From: Eukaryota sp. TZLM1-RC | Lineage: Eukaryota > Protista > Metamonada: BaSk clade | Assembly (NCBI GenBank): GCA_040285825.1 | Contig: JAUPSS010000007.1 | Coordinates: forward strand, 1,202,501-1,266,500 | Direction: 5' to 3' | DNA: 64,000 bases | Shown: positions 45,601-60,324 of the stretch, piece after piece | Layout: each line of letters opens with the position of its first letter | Position numbering within the stretch: the stretch's first letter is position 1 | Made by a program: the position numbers and the translations under genes | Notes under the pieces: generated by a model | The model's database searches: none | The model's input: the letters and a program-made list of their open reading frames with translations, nothing else | What the model was told of the DNA's origin: nothing

Positions 45601-48600
45601 TAATTCGCACATTAATGGATGCATTGCCAGACAAAAGAAAAAAGGATCAAGTGGATCGCCTTGTTTAACACCTGAAGAAGGAATCAGGTCAAAGTTTTCA
45701 TAGACCAATGTGGATGACTCTTCATAAAATGAAAAGAAAAAGGCTCAAAAAAGAAAATGCTTTCGCAGCAAAGGTAAAATGGAAGAACGAGATACAGAAT
45801 TGAAAGCATTCTTAAAATCTAAATTGAAGATGTAATTAGAATCACTAGAATTAAAAAACATATCCGACGAAAGAGCAGCAGAAGAAGCACCATCAATTGT
45901 CTTGATTCCAAATTGAACTGGACTGAAAAATTCCTTGGTTTTTTCCCAATTCTATCGAAAACAAGAGACGCAAGAATTCTTGAAAACGATTCTCCAATTG
46001 CAATTGGACGGATATTGGATTGACTTTTCTTGAGGGCAATTAAACGAGCACTGGTCATCTCAAAAGAAACTTTAATTTTTAACGTAAGAAGATTGTTGAA
46101 AAAAAGAACAAGATCATCGGCAATTTCAGGACACTGTCCAACTGCTGATTTGATCATGACAAAATTTAACAACAGTTCATTGAATTCATATATTAATTTA
46201 TGAAAATCAACACCACCAAAATTTGTACCACAAAAAATGTGGCTTCGCAACTGAGATTTATCAATTTCCAATAATTTTGCTAAAAAATTGGTTCTTTGTT
46301 CATTGAATATCGACAAAACTCCAAAAAAAATTGATGCTGATGTTGATTTCAAAATATGAGTAAATTTTCCAGAATAACAAAATTTTAGGAAAAAGAATTT
46401 CAAATGTTTCTCAATATTTCAATTTTCTATTTATTCTAATTCATTTCCAAATTGGATCAACAGAGTCGAAAGTTGGCCTTTGACTTCTTCAATATTTCCG
46501 AGATAACAACCCAAAAACGAAAACCAGACTGATCATAATTGATAAAGGGGACATTGAATCATTAATGAAAGAATCAATTGGTTCATCTCCAATAATTAAA
46601 CACTTGGAAATATTCAATGAGAGACCAGTATCTTCATAACGCTTTTGAATAAAAGTTGCTATTTGTTTAAGAATTGTAATAGGTGCAATTACAGAAATGT
46701 CATCCATATATGCTACAATATCTATTTCTGGGAATTTTTATTTTAATTCGCACATTAATGGATGCATTGCCAGACAAAAGAAAAAAGGATCAAGTGGATC
46801 GCCTTGTTTAACACCTGAAGAAGGAATCAGGTCAAAGTTTTCATAGACCAATGTGGATGACTCTTCATAAAATGAAAAGAAAAAGGCTCAAAAAAGAAAA
46901 TGCTTTCGCAGCAAAGGTAAAATGGAAGAACGAGATACAGAATTGAAAGCATTCTTAAAATCTAAATTGAAGATGTAATTAGAATCACTAGAATTAAAAA
47001 ACATATCCGACGAAAGAGCAGCAGAAGAAGCACCATCAATTGTCTTGATTCCAAATTGAACTGGACTGAAAAATTCCTTGGCTTTTTCCCAATTCTATCG
47101 AAAACAAAAGACGCAAGAATTCTTGAAAACGATTCTCCAATTGCAATTGGACGGATATTGGATTGACTTTGCTTGAGGGCAATTAAGCGAACACTGGTCA
47201 TCTCAAAAGAAACTGTAATTTCTAACGAAGATTGTTGAGAAAAGGAACAAGATCATCAGCAATTTCAGGACACTGTCCAACTGCTGATTTGATCATGTCA
47301 AAATTTAACAACAGTTCATTGAATTCATTGAGAACAGAGTTTTTTGCTGATTATTACACGTAGAACCAGGAATATTGAAAAGTCAATTATTTTCTTCAGC
47401 AAATTTGGGGGTATTGGATTTTCTAAATCTTCAATTTTGTGTCAATCAGCATTCTTGGGTGGTGGAAAAAATTTTATTTATGAATTTTCTCGTAGATTTC
47501 CTGATGATTCTCATCTGTTAGTTCCCAATTGCAGTCCTTATTTGTATGAGTTATCTTGTGAACTTGAAAAATTGCCACCACAAATTTGGACCAAATGTTG
47601 TCCTCAATCAATTCAAGAAATTCCAAACCGATCTCTATTTGATTTACAGTTTTGCTGTTCAAAGCTTCAAAAAGAAATTGTCAAAGATTTTTGAAAGCTT
47701 GGTTTTTTTTAAAAACTGGAATATTTATTGAGATAAAAATAACCATCTAGAATTCAATATCGTTCAAACAAGCGTTACTATTGCTAAACCTACTTACAGA
47801 ATTACGTTCATATTCTACACCGACAGCTAAAAGTGCCTTAGAAATCATTGTAGGAATAGACTGGAAAATGCTTAAAACAATTCTATTTAACCAGAAAGTG
47901 GAGTTCATTGTTTTACCAGACCTATTCAGTAACACTTGTTTGAAATTTTCCAAAAGTGCAACCCTGAAGGTCCAATATTGCCAAAAAAAGAAATTGCAAA
48001 CGCGCAAACTGATATTTCACATGTTCCACTCTATCTGACTGTGCCAAAGGTTCTTTGTCTCTTTTATCTTTTTTTCGGCATTAAATAACGGCCAATCAGC
48101 GGAATAGAATAAACTAGTAACACAATTTTTGCAAACATCAACTGAGAAAACATCTACAACATTGCGAACATCATCGATACCTAGAGCCACTACATCTGCC
48201 CTTCTTTTACCAAAGGAATCATCAGGTTGATCTGAAGACAGCTTACGTACTAGTGGCTCAATAAATGCCTCTATATTGAAACTTTTGCACATGGCATATA
48301 GTTGGTCACGAACTGGGTCATGAACACTCGAGCGATAAGTTATAAAATATTTACAGTTCAAAATATGGGAAAGCGTAACAACACTCTTGCAGCGACAAAT
48401 TAAATCATTTGGTAATGAACAAGACCATAGAAAACATCTCATTCTCATTGCAGTGGTCCATTGGTGATCATAACGTAGAAGGCCATAAATGTTGGGAATT
48501 TGGGAGATCAGGCAATTTGAGCAACTGTCTTCAAGATCAATCAAAAAGTTTGCAAAAACGAGATTTTTTTCCTAAGCCAAGCAAAGACGTACAATATAAT

Positions 48601-51600
48601 TCAAGTTTTCCTAAACTTTCAAGATTTTTTTTCTGCAATTTTGCGAAAGTCAGTGGTAAGGAGAGCAAGCTTCTTGAAGGAAGTTGCACAATATCAGAGG
48701 GAAACATTTGGCTCAAATATTAGGTGACAGAGTTTCAATTTCCTGTTGCAAAGAAATAAGATAAGGGCTGCCACAATTTTCAATGAGATGAATTTTTTCA
48801 GGAAAACGATTCACAAATTCACAAATATAATTCTTTCCACCTCCAATAAATGCAGCTTTACAAAGATAGCTTAATCTATGAAAATCAACACCACCAAAAT
48901 TTGTACCACAAAAAATGTGGCTTCGCAACTGAGATTTATCAATTTCCAATAATTTTGCTAAAAATTGGTTCTTTGTTCATTGAATATCGACAAAACTCCA
49001 AAAAAAATTGATGCTGATGTTGATTTCAAAATATGAGTAAATTTTCCAGAATAACAAAATTTTAGGAAAAAGAATTTCAAATGTTTCTCAATATTTCAAT
49101 TTTCTATTTATTCTAATTCATTTCCAAATTGGATCAACAGAGTCGAAAGTTGGCCTTTGACTTCTTCAATATTTCCGAGATAACAACCCAAAAACGAAAA
49201 CCAGACTGATCATAATTGATAAAGGGGACATTGAATCATTAATGAAAGAATCAATTGGTTCATCTCCAATAATTAAACACTTGGAAATATTCAATGAGAG
49301 ACCAGTATCTTCATAACGCTTTTGAATAAAAGTTGCTATTTGTTTAAGAATTGTAATAGGTGCAATTACAGAAATGTCATCCATATATGCTACAATATCT
49401 ATTTCTGGGAATTTTTATTTTAATTCGCACATTAATGGATGCATTGCCAGACAAAAAGAAAAAAAGGATCAAGTGGATCGCCTTGTTTAACACCTGAAGA
49501 AGGAATCAGGTCAAAGTTTTCATAGACCAATGTGGATGACTCTTCATAAAATGAAAAGAAAAAGGCTCAAAAAGAAAATGCTTTCGCAGCAAAGGTAAAA
49601 TGGAAGAACGAGATACAGAATTGAAAGCATTCTTAAAATCTAAATTGAAGATGTAATTAGAATCACTAGAATTAAAAAACATATCCGACGAAAGAGCAGC
49701 AGAAGAAGCACCATCAATTGTCTTGATTCCAAATTGAACTGGACTGAAAAATTCCTTGGTTTTTCCCAATTCTATCGAAAACAAGAGACGCAAGAATTCT
49801 TGAAAACGATTCTCCAATTGCAATTGGACGGATATTGGATTGACTTTTCTTGAGGGCAATTAAACGAGCACTGGTCATCTCAAAAGAAACTTTAATTTTT
49901 AACGTAAGAAGATTGTTGAAAAAAAGAACAAGATCATCGGCAATTTCAGGACACTGTCCAACTGCTGATTTGATCATGACAAAATTTAACAACAGTTCAT
50001 TGAATTCATATATTAATTTATGAAAATCAACACCACCAAAATTTGTACCACAAAAAATGTGGCTTCGCAACTGAGATTTATCAATTTCCAATAATTTTGC
50101 TAAAAAATTGGTTCTTTGTTCATTGAATATCGACAAAACTCCAAAAAAAATTGATGCTGATGTTGATTTCAAAATATGAGTAAATTTTCCAGAATAACAA
50201 AATTTTAGGAAAAAGAATTTCAAATGTTTCTCAATATTTCAATTTTCTATTTATTCTAATTCATTTCCAAATTGGATCAACAGAGTCGAAAGTTGGCCTT
50301 TGACTTCTTCAATATTTCCGAGATAACAACCCAAAAAACGAAAACCAGACTGATCATAATTGATAAAGGGGACATTGAATCATTAATGAAAGAATCAATT
50401 GGTTCATCTCCAATAATTAAACACTTGGAAATATTCAATGAGAGACCAGTATCTTCATAACGCTTTTGAATAAAAGTTGCTATTTGTTTAAGAATTGTAA
50501 TAGGTGCAATTACAGAAATGTCATCCATATATGCTACAATATCTATTTCTGGGAATTTTTATTTTAATTCGCACATTAATGGATGCATTGCCAGACAAAA
50601 AGAAAAAAAGGATCAAGTGGATCGCCTTGTTTAACACCTGAAGAAGGAATCAGGTCAAAGTTTTCATAGACCAATGTGGATGACTCTTCATAAAATGAAA
50701 AGAAAAAGGCTCAAAAAAGAAAATGCTTTCGCAGCAAAGGTAAAATGGAAGAACGAGATACAGAATTGAAAGCATTCTTAAAATCTAAATTGAAGATGTA
50801 ATTAGAATCACTAGAATTAAAAAAACATATCCGACGAAAGAGCAGCAGAAGAAGCACCATCAATTGTCTTGATTCCAAATTGAACTGGACTGAAAAATTC
50901 CTTGGCTTTTTCCCAATTCTATCGAAAACAAAAGACGCAAGAATTCTTGAAAACGATTCTCCAATTGCAATTGGACGGATATTGGATTGACTTTGCTTGA
51001 GGGCAATTAAGCGAACACTGGTCATCTCAAAAGAAACTGTAATTTCTAACGAAGATTGTTGAGAAAAGGAACAAGATCATCAGCAATTTCAGGACACTGT
51101 CCAACTGCTGATTTGATCATGTCAAAATTTAACAACAGTTCATTGAATTCATTGAGAACAGAGTTTTTTGCTGATTATTACACGTAGAACCAGGAATATT
51201 GAAAAGTCAATTATTTTCTTCAGCAAATTTGGGGGTATTGGATTTTCTAAATCTTCAATTTTGTGTCAATCAGCATTCTTGGGTGGTGGAAAAATTTTAT
51301 TTATGAATTTTCTCGTAGATTTCCTGATGATTCTCATCTGTTAGTTCCCAATTGCAATCCTTATTTGTATGAGTTATCTTGTGAACTTGAAAAATTGCCA
51401 CCACAAATTTGGACCAAATGTTGTCCTCAATCAATTCAAGAAATTCCAAACCGATCTCTATTTGATTTACAGTTTTGCTGTTCAAAGCTTCAAAAAGAAA
51501 TTGTCAAAGATTTTTGAAAGCTTGGTTTTTTTTAAAAACTGGAATATTTATTGAGATAAAAATAACCATCTAGAATTCAATATCGTTCAAACAAGCGTTA

Positions 51601-54600
51601 CTATTGCTCAACCTACTTACAGAATTACGTTCATATTCTACACCGACAGCTAAAAGTGCCTTAGAAATCATTGTAGGAATAGACTGGAAAATGCTTAAAA
51701 CAATTCTATTTAACCAGAAAGTGGAGTTCATTGTTTTACCAGACCTATTCAGTGACACTTGTTTGAAATTTTCCAAAAAGTGCAACCCTGAAGGTCCAAT
51801 ATTGCCAAAAAAGAAATTGCAAACGCGCAAACTGATATTTCACATGTTCCACTCTATCTAACTGTGCCAAAGGTTCTTTGTCTCTTTTATCTTTTTTTTT
51901 CGGCATTAAATAACGGCCAATCAGCGGAATAGAATAAACTAGTAACACAATTTTTGCAAACATCAACTGAGAAAACATCTACAACATTGCGAACATCATC
52001 GATACCTGGAGCCACTACATCTGCCCTTCTTTTACCAAAGGAATCATCAGGTTGATCTGAAGACAGCTTACGTACTAGTGGCTCAATAAATGCCTCTATA
52101 TTGAAACTTTTGCACATGGCATATAGTTGGTCACGAACTGGGTCATGAACACTCGAGCGATAAGTTATAAAATATTTACAGTTCAAAATATGGGAAAGCG
52201 TAACAACACTCTTGCAGCGACAAATTAAATCATTTGGTAATGAACAAGACCATAGAAAACATCTCATTCTCATTGCAGTGGTCCATTGGTGATCATAACG
52301 TAGAAGGCCATAAATGTTGGGAATTTGGGAGATCAGGCAATTTGAGCAACTGTCTTCAAGATCAATCAAAAAGTTTGCAAAAACGAGATTTTTTTCCTAA
52401 GCCAAGCAAAGACGTACAATATAATTCAAGTTTTCCTAAACTTTCAAGATTTTTTTTCTGCAATTTTGCGAAAGTCAGTGGTAAGGAGAGCAAGCTTCTT
52501 GAAGGAAGTTGCACAATATCAGAGGGAAACATTTGGCTCAAATATTAGGTGACAGAGTTTCAATTTCCTGTTGCAAAGAAATAAGATAAGGGCTGCCACA
52601 ATTTTCAATGAGATGAATTTTTTCAGGAAAACGATTCACAAATTCACAAATATAATTCTTTCCACCTCCAATAAATGCAGCTTTACAAAGATAGCTTAAT
52701 TTATGAAAATCAACACCACCAAAATTTGTACCACAAAAAATGTGGCTTCGCAACTGAGATTTATCAATTTGCAATAATTTTGCTAAAAAATTGGTTCTTT
52801 GTTCATTGAATATCGACAAAACTCCAAAAAAAATTGATGCTGATGTTGATTTCAAAATATGAGTAAATTTTCCAGAATAACAAAATTTTAGGAAAAAGAA
52901 TTTCAAATGTTTCTCAATATTTCAATTTTCTATTTATTCTAATTCATTTCCAAATGGGATCAACAGAGTCGAAAGTTGGCCTTTGACTTCTTCAATATTT
53001 CCGAGATAACAACCCAAAAAACGAAAACCAGACTGATCATAATTGATAAAGGGGACATTGAATCATTAATGAAAGAATCAATTGGTTCATCTCCAATAAC
53101 CAAACACTTGGAAATATTCAATGAGAGACCAGTATCTTCATAACGCTTTTGAATAAAAGTTGCTATTTGTTTAAGAATTGTAATAGGTGCAATTACAGAA
53201 ATGTCATCCATATATGCTACAATATCTATTTCTGGGAATTTTTATTTTAATTCGCACATTAATGGATGCATTGCCAGACAAAAGAAAAAAGGATCAAGTG
53301 GATCGCCTTGTTTAACACCCGAAGAAGGAATCAGGTCAAAGTTTTCATAGACCAATGTGGATGACTCTTCATAAAATGAAAAGAAAAAGGCTCAAAAAAG
53401 AAAATGCTTTCGCAGCAAAGGTAAAATGGAAGAACGAGATACAGAATTGAAAGCATTCTTAAAATCTAAATTGAAGATGTAATTAGTATCACTAGAATTA
53501 AAAAACATATCCGACGAAAGAGCAGCAGAAGAAGCACCATCAATTGTCTTGATTCCAAATTGAACTGGACTGAAAAATTCCTTGGTTTTTTCCCAATTCT
53601 ATCGAAAACAAGAGACGCAAGAATTCTTGAAAACGATTCTCCAATTGCAATTGGACGGATATTGGATTGACTTTTCTTGAGGGCAATTAAACGAGCACTG
53701 GTCATCTCAAAAGAAACTTTAATTCTTAACGTAAGAAGATTGTTGAAAAAAAGAACAAGATCATCGGCAATTTCAGGACACTGTCCAACTGCTGATTTGA
53801 TCATGTCAAAATTTAACAACAGTTCATTGAATTCATTGAGAACAGAATTTTTTGCTGATTTATTACACGTAGAACCAGGAATATTGAAAAGTCACTTATT
53901 TTCTTCAGCAAATTTGGGGGTATTGGATTTTCTAAATCTTCAATTTTGTGTCAATCAGCATTCTTGGGTGGTGGAAAAAATTTTATTTATGAATTTTCTC
54001 GTAGATTTCCTGATGATTCTCATCTGTTAGTTCCCAATTGCAGTCCTTATTTGTATGAGTTATCTTGTGAACTTGAAAAATTGCCACCACAAATTTGGAC
54101 CAAATGTTGTCCTCAATCAATTCAAGAAATTCCAAACCGATCTCTATTTGATTTACAGTTTTGCTGTTCAAAGCTTCAAAAAGAAATTGTCAAAGATTTT
54201 TGAAAGCTTGGTTTTTTTTTAAAAACTGGAATATTTATTGAGATAAAAATAACCATCTAAAATTCAATATCGTTCAAACAAGCGTTACTATTGCTAAACC
54301 TACTTACTTACGTTCATATTCTACACCGACAGCTAAAAGTGCCTTAGAAATCATTGTAGGAATAGACTGGAAAATGCTTAAAACAATTCTATTTAACCAG
54401 AAAGTGGAGTTCATTGTTTTACCAGACCTATTCAGTAACACTTGTTTGAAATTTTCCAAAAAGTGCAACCCTGAAGGTCCAATATTGCCAAAAAAGAAAT
54501 TGCAAACGCGCAAACTGATATTTCACATGTTCCACTCTATCTGACTGTGCCAAAGGTTCTTTGTCTCTTTTATCTTTTTTTTCGGCATTAAATAACGGCC

Positions 54601-55583
54601 AATCAGCGGAATAGAATAATCTAGTAACACAATTTTTGCAAACATCAACTGAGAAAACATCTACAACATTGCGAACATCATCGATACCTGGAGCCACTAC
54701 ATCTGCCCTTCTTTTACCAAAGGAATCATCAGGTTGATCTGAAGACAGCTTACGTACTAGTGGCTCAATAAATGCCTCTATATTGAAACTTTTGCACATG
54801 GCATATAGTTGGTCACGAACTGGGTCATGAACACTCGAGCGATAAGTTATAAAATATTTACAGTTCAAAATATGGGAAAGCGTAACAACACTCTTGCAGC
54901 GACAAATTAAATCATTTGGTAATGAACAAGACCATAGAAAACATCTCATTCTCATTGCAGTGGTCCATTGGTGATCATAACGTAGAAGGCTATAAATGTT
55001 GGGAATTTGGGAGATCAGGCAATTTGAGCAACTGTCTTCAAGATCAATCAAAAAGTTTGCAAAAACGAGATTTTTTTCCTAAGCCAAGCTAAGATGTACA
55101 ATATAATTCAAGTTTTCTAAAACTTTCAAGATTTTTTTCTGCAATTTTGCGAAAGTCAGAGGTAAGGAGAGCAAGCTACTTGAAGGAAGTTCCACAACAT
55201 CAGAGGGGAAACATTTGGCCCAAATATTAGGTGAAAGAGTTTCAATTTCCTGTTGCAAAGAAATAAGATAAGGGCTGCCACAATTTTCAATGAGATGAAT
55301 TTTTTCAGGAAAACGATTCACAAATTCACAAATATAATTCTTTCCACCTCCAATAAATGCAGCTTTACAAAGATAGCTTAATTTATGAAAATCAACACCA
55401 CCAAAAATTGTACCACAAAAAATGTGGCTTCGCAACTGAGATTTATCAATTTCCAATAATTTTGCTAAAAAAAATTGGTTCTTTGTTCATTGAATATCGA
55501 CAAAACTCCAAAAAAAATTGATGCTGATGTTGATTTCAAAATATGAGTAAATTTTCCAGAATAACAAAATTTTAGGAAAAAGA
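39625..55583 (-). repeat. ~16-kb head-to-tail tandem array of a dead CRE retrotransposon unit that includes an inverted ~0.39-kb piece of another CRE family
   Basis: The unit marker ctggaa..t.attgagataaaa recurs at 39631, 42320, 43893, 47716, 51539 and 54226, giving periods of 2689, 1573, 3823, 3823 and 2687. Frameshifts are shared between units. Confidence 0.95.
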
Positions 55584-55619
55584 CACCGCCAAGTTGAATA
55601 TCAGAAAAAATATGATTTT

Positions 55620-58600
55620 TCAAAATTGATTTTAATTTACTTTCAAAACCACAGTCTAAAAGTCAATATCTTCAAAACAAGCTTCCACACCATCAAACCT
55701 TACAGCAGCAATGTTTTCATAATGTGCACTGACAGACATCAAAGCTTTCCAAATCATTTAAGGAATTGATTTGAAAATAGTAAAAACAATACGATTTAGC
55801 CACAAGCGACGATCAAAACGCTTACTCATTCTTCTTTTCACAAGATTTTCAAAATCATCAATAACATTCAAAGCAGTTTTTCCAAGACATCCATACAACG
55901 ATATAGCAAATGGGCAAATTTGGTAATCTACATGGCGAACATGTTTCAATTCTTTTAAAGGATTTGCATACTTTTTCCGTTTGTACAATTCGGAGTCATC
56001 AAGGGAGGATACTTCGGATTGAGCATTTTTCAAGGCATTTTTCTTGCAAACATCCACTGTTACGACATCAACAACATTCATGACATCATCAAACGAGGGC
56101 ACAAAACAACATCAGCACGTCGTTTTCCATATTCTGATTCTTTTATGCTTTCATTTATATCAAGAGACCTCAACAAAGGTTCTACAAAAGATTCAATATG
56201 ATAGGAATAACACATTGCATGGATTTGATCTCTGACTGCGTCATGCAACGTAGAACGATAGGAAATAAATCTATTACAATTAAATAAATGTAATAATGTC
56301 AAACCAGCTCTACATTTGCAAAACGAATCATTGGACAAATTACAAGGCCATAAATAACAATGCATTCACATAGCAGAAGTCCATTGGTCGTCATTCAAAA
56401 ATAGGCCATAAAGCTGGGGAATTTGATTTATCAAAACTGCAGATGAACTGTCCTTCAAATCAATCAAAAAAATTGCAAAAGTAGGATTTTCTTTTTTTAA
56501 CATACTTTTAATTTATTTTCTTTCTTAGCCGTGCTAAGTCGAACAATAAATCCTTGCTTTCAAATTTTTTCCAAAGATGTCGTTGGAACTTTTTCAACGC
56601 AAATTTTAATGAATACAAACTTCTGTCTGGAATTTCTTAAATGTATATGGGGAAACCTGATTGCCATAAGTCGGGAGATAAACTTTTTTTAATTATAATT
56701 TTAATTTACTATTAACCTACAGTCTAAAAGTCAATATCTTCAAAACAAGCTTCCACACCATCAAACCTCACAACAGCAATTTCTTCGTAATGTGCACTGA
56801 CAGACATCAAAGCTTTCCAAATCATTTTAGGAATTGATTTGAAAATAGTAAAAACAATACGATTTAGCCACAAGCGACGATCAAAACGCTTATTCATTCT
56901 TCTTTTCACAAGATTTTCAAAATCATCAATAACATTCAAAGCAGTTTTTCCAAGACATCCATACAACGATATAGCAAATGGGCAAATTTGGTAATCTACA
57001 TGGCGAACATGTTTCAATTCTTTTAAAGGATTTGCATACTTTTTCCGTTTGTACAATTCGGAGTCATCAAGGGGGGATACTTCGGATTGAGCATTTTTCA
57101 AGGCATTTTTCTTGCAAACATCCACTGTTACGACATCAACAACATTCATGACATCATCAAACGAGGGCACAAAACAACATCAGCACGTCGTTTTCCATAT
57201 TCTGAATCTTTTATGCTTTCATTTATATCAAGAGACCTCAACAAAGGTTCTACAAAAGATTCAATATGATAGGAATAACACATTGCATGGATTTGATCTC
57301 TGACTGCATCATGCAACGTAGAACGATAGGAAATAAATCTATTACAATTAAATAAATGTAATAATGTCAAACCAGCTCCACATTTGCAAAACGAATCATT
57401 GGACAAATTACAAGGCCATAAATAACAACGCATTCACATAGCAGCGGTCCATTGGTCGTCATTCAAAAATAGGCCATAAATCTGGGGAATTTGATTTATC
57501 AAAACTGCAGATGAACTGTCCTTCAAATCAATCAAAAAAATTGCAAAAGTAGGATTTTCTTTTTTTAACATACTTTTAATTTATTTTCTTTCTTAGCCGT
57601 GCTAAGTCGAACAATAAATCCTTGCTTTCAAATTTTTTCCAAAGATGTCGTTGGAGCTTTTTCAACGCAAATTTTAATGAATACAAACTTCTGTCTGGAA
57701 TTTCTTAAATGTATATGGGGAAACCTGATTGCCATAAGTCGGGAAAATAAACTTTTTTTAATTATAATTTTAATTTACTATTAAACTACAGTCTAAAAGT
57801 CAATATCTTCAAAACAAGCTTCCACACCATCAAACCTCACAACAGCAATTTCTTCGTAATGTGCACTGACAGACATCAAAGCTTTCCAAATCATTTTAGG
57901 AATTGATTTGAAAATAGTAAAAACAATACGATTTAGCCACAAGCGACGATCAAAACGCTTATTCATTCTTCTTTTCACAAGATTTTCAAAATCATCAATA
58001 ACATTCAAAGCAGTTTTTCCAAGACATCCATACAACGATATAGCAAATGGGCAAATTTGGTAATCTACATGGCGAACATGTTTCAATTCTTTTTAAAGGA
58101 TTTGCATACTTTTTCCGTTTGTACAATTCGGAGTCATCAAGGGGGGATACTTCGGATTGAGCATTTTTCAAGGCATTTTTCTTGCAAACATCCACTGTTA
58201 CGACATCAACAACATTCATGACATCATCAAACGAGGGCACAACAACATCAGCACGTCGTTTTCCATATTCTGAATCTCTTACGCTTTCATTTATATCAAG
58301 AGACCTCAACAAAGGTTCTACAAAAGATTCAATATGATAGGAATTACACATTGCATGGATTTGATCTCTGACTGCATCATGCAACGTAGAACGATAGGAA
58401 ATAAATCTATTACAATTAAATAAATGTAATAATGTCAAACCAGCTCCACATTTGCAAAACGAATCATTGGACAAATTACAAGGCCATAAATAACAACGCA
58501 TTCACATAGCAGCGGTCCATTGGTCGTCATTCAAAAATAGGCCATAAATCTGGGGAATTTGATTTATCAAAACTGCAGATGAACTGTCCTTCAAATCAAT

Positions 58601-60270
58601 CAAAAAAATTGCAAAAGTAGGATTTTCTTTTTTTAACATACTTTTAATTTATTTTCTTTCTTAGCCGTGCTAAGTTTTTTTTTAAGATATTTATTTTTAT
58701 TCAACAACAAATATGAAATACACAATTAAAACTCCACATTCTCAAAACCTGCCTCCCCTACATCAAAATAAATAATCGCTAAAGATTCAGAAAATTTCCC
58801 AAAAGAAGATAGTGAATCAGAAATTAGTGTTACCATTCCCTTAAAAATAGAAAATACAATCCTGTTTTGCCAGTAAACACGATTGAAAATTCTTCCAGTT
58901 CTTTCCTTTACAACTACAACAAAATCCTCAAGGAAAGCCATAGCAGCCTTACCTAGAGATCCAAGCAAAGAAAAAACAAAGGGACATAAATTATATTGGG
59001 CATGAGAATTTTCATTAACCGAGAAAATGGGTTTCGCATATTTAGCAATTTTATATTTTTCGCCTGCAAAAAGAGGATTATTTACATCCGAGTTAATGAG
59101 ATGTTCGTTGGAGGAATAACAAGGGTCAATAGACATGGCGTCCAAAATAGTAAAACTACCATTTAAACCAGGAGCAACTAGATCACCTCTTGTCAGACCT
59201 ATAGAAGCTCTGTTGTAACGCGTACTATCAATATTGGGATCATCAAGAATTAATTTTGATAACAGCGGTTCTAAAAAGGAATCTACACGATATGATTTGC
59301 ACATTACATAAATATGGTCCCTGACGTTATAATGCACTTTGCTTCTAAACGTAATGAAATGTTTACAGTTCAAAAGATGAGTAAACAAAAGAGGTGCTAA
59401 GTCGAACAATAAATCCTTGCTTTCAAATTTTTTCCAAAGATGTCAGATGTCAGATGTTGGAGCTTTTTCAACGCAAATTTTAATGAATAAAAACTTCTGT
59501 CTGGAATTTCTTAAATGTATATGGGGAAACCTGATTGCCATAAGTCGGGAGATAAACTTTTTTTAATTATAATTTTAATTTACTATTAAACTGCAGTCTA
59601 AAAGTCAATATCTTCAAAACAAGCTTCCACACCATCAAACCTCACAACAGCAATTTCTTCGTAATGTGCACTGACAGACATCAAAGCTTTCCAAATCATT
59701 TTAGGAATTGATTTGAAAATAGTAAAAACAATACGATTTAGCCACAAGCGACGATCAAAACGCTTATTCATTCTTCTTTTCACAAGATTTTCAAAATCAT
59801 CAATAACATTCAAAGCAGTTTTTCCAAGACATCCATACAACGATATAGCAAATGGGCAAATTTGGTAATCTACATGGCGAACATGTTTCAATTCTTTTAA
59901 AGGATTTGCATATTTTTTCCTTTTGTACAATTCGGAGTCATCAAGGGGGGATACTTCGGATTGAGCATTTTTCAAGGCATTTTTCTTGCAAACATCCACT
60001 GTTACGACATCAACAACATTCATGACATCATCAAACGAGGGCACAACAACATCAGCACGTCGTTTTCCATATTCTGAATCTCTTATGCTTTCATTTATAT
60101 CAAGAGACCTCAACAAAGGTTCTACAAAAGATTCAATATGATAGGAATTACACATTGCATGGATTTGATCTCTGACAGCATCATGCAACGTAGAACGAAA
60201 GGAAATATATCTATTACAATTAAATAAATGTGATAATGTCAAACCAGCTCCACATTTACAAAACAAATCA
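55620..60270 (-). repeat. Second tandem array: ~1.07-kb 3' fragments of another CRE family (4 units)
   Basis: Stops of ...FEDIDF* at 55656, 56724, 57793 and 59598. Period 1068-1069, interrupted by 58700-59392. Confidence 0.92.
58700..59392 (-). mobile_element. CRE-type 3' fragment interrupting the second array
   Basis: HLLNCKHF, RGDLVAPG, KIAKY and YWQNRIVF; same family as 19480-19972. Confidence 0.85.
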
Positions 60271-60324
60271 GATGGATTTTTTAGATGTTGATTTATAGGT
60301 TTAGAATAAAATTAAATTTAAAAA

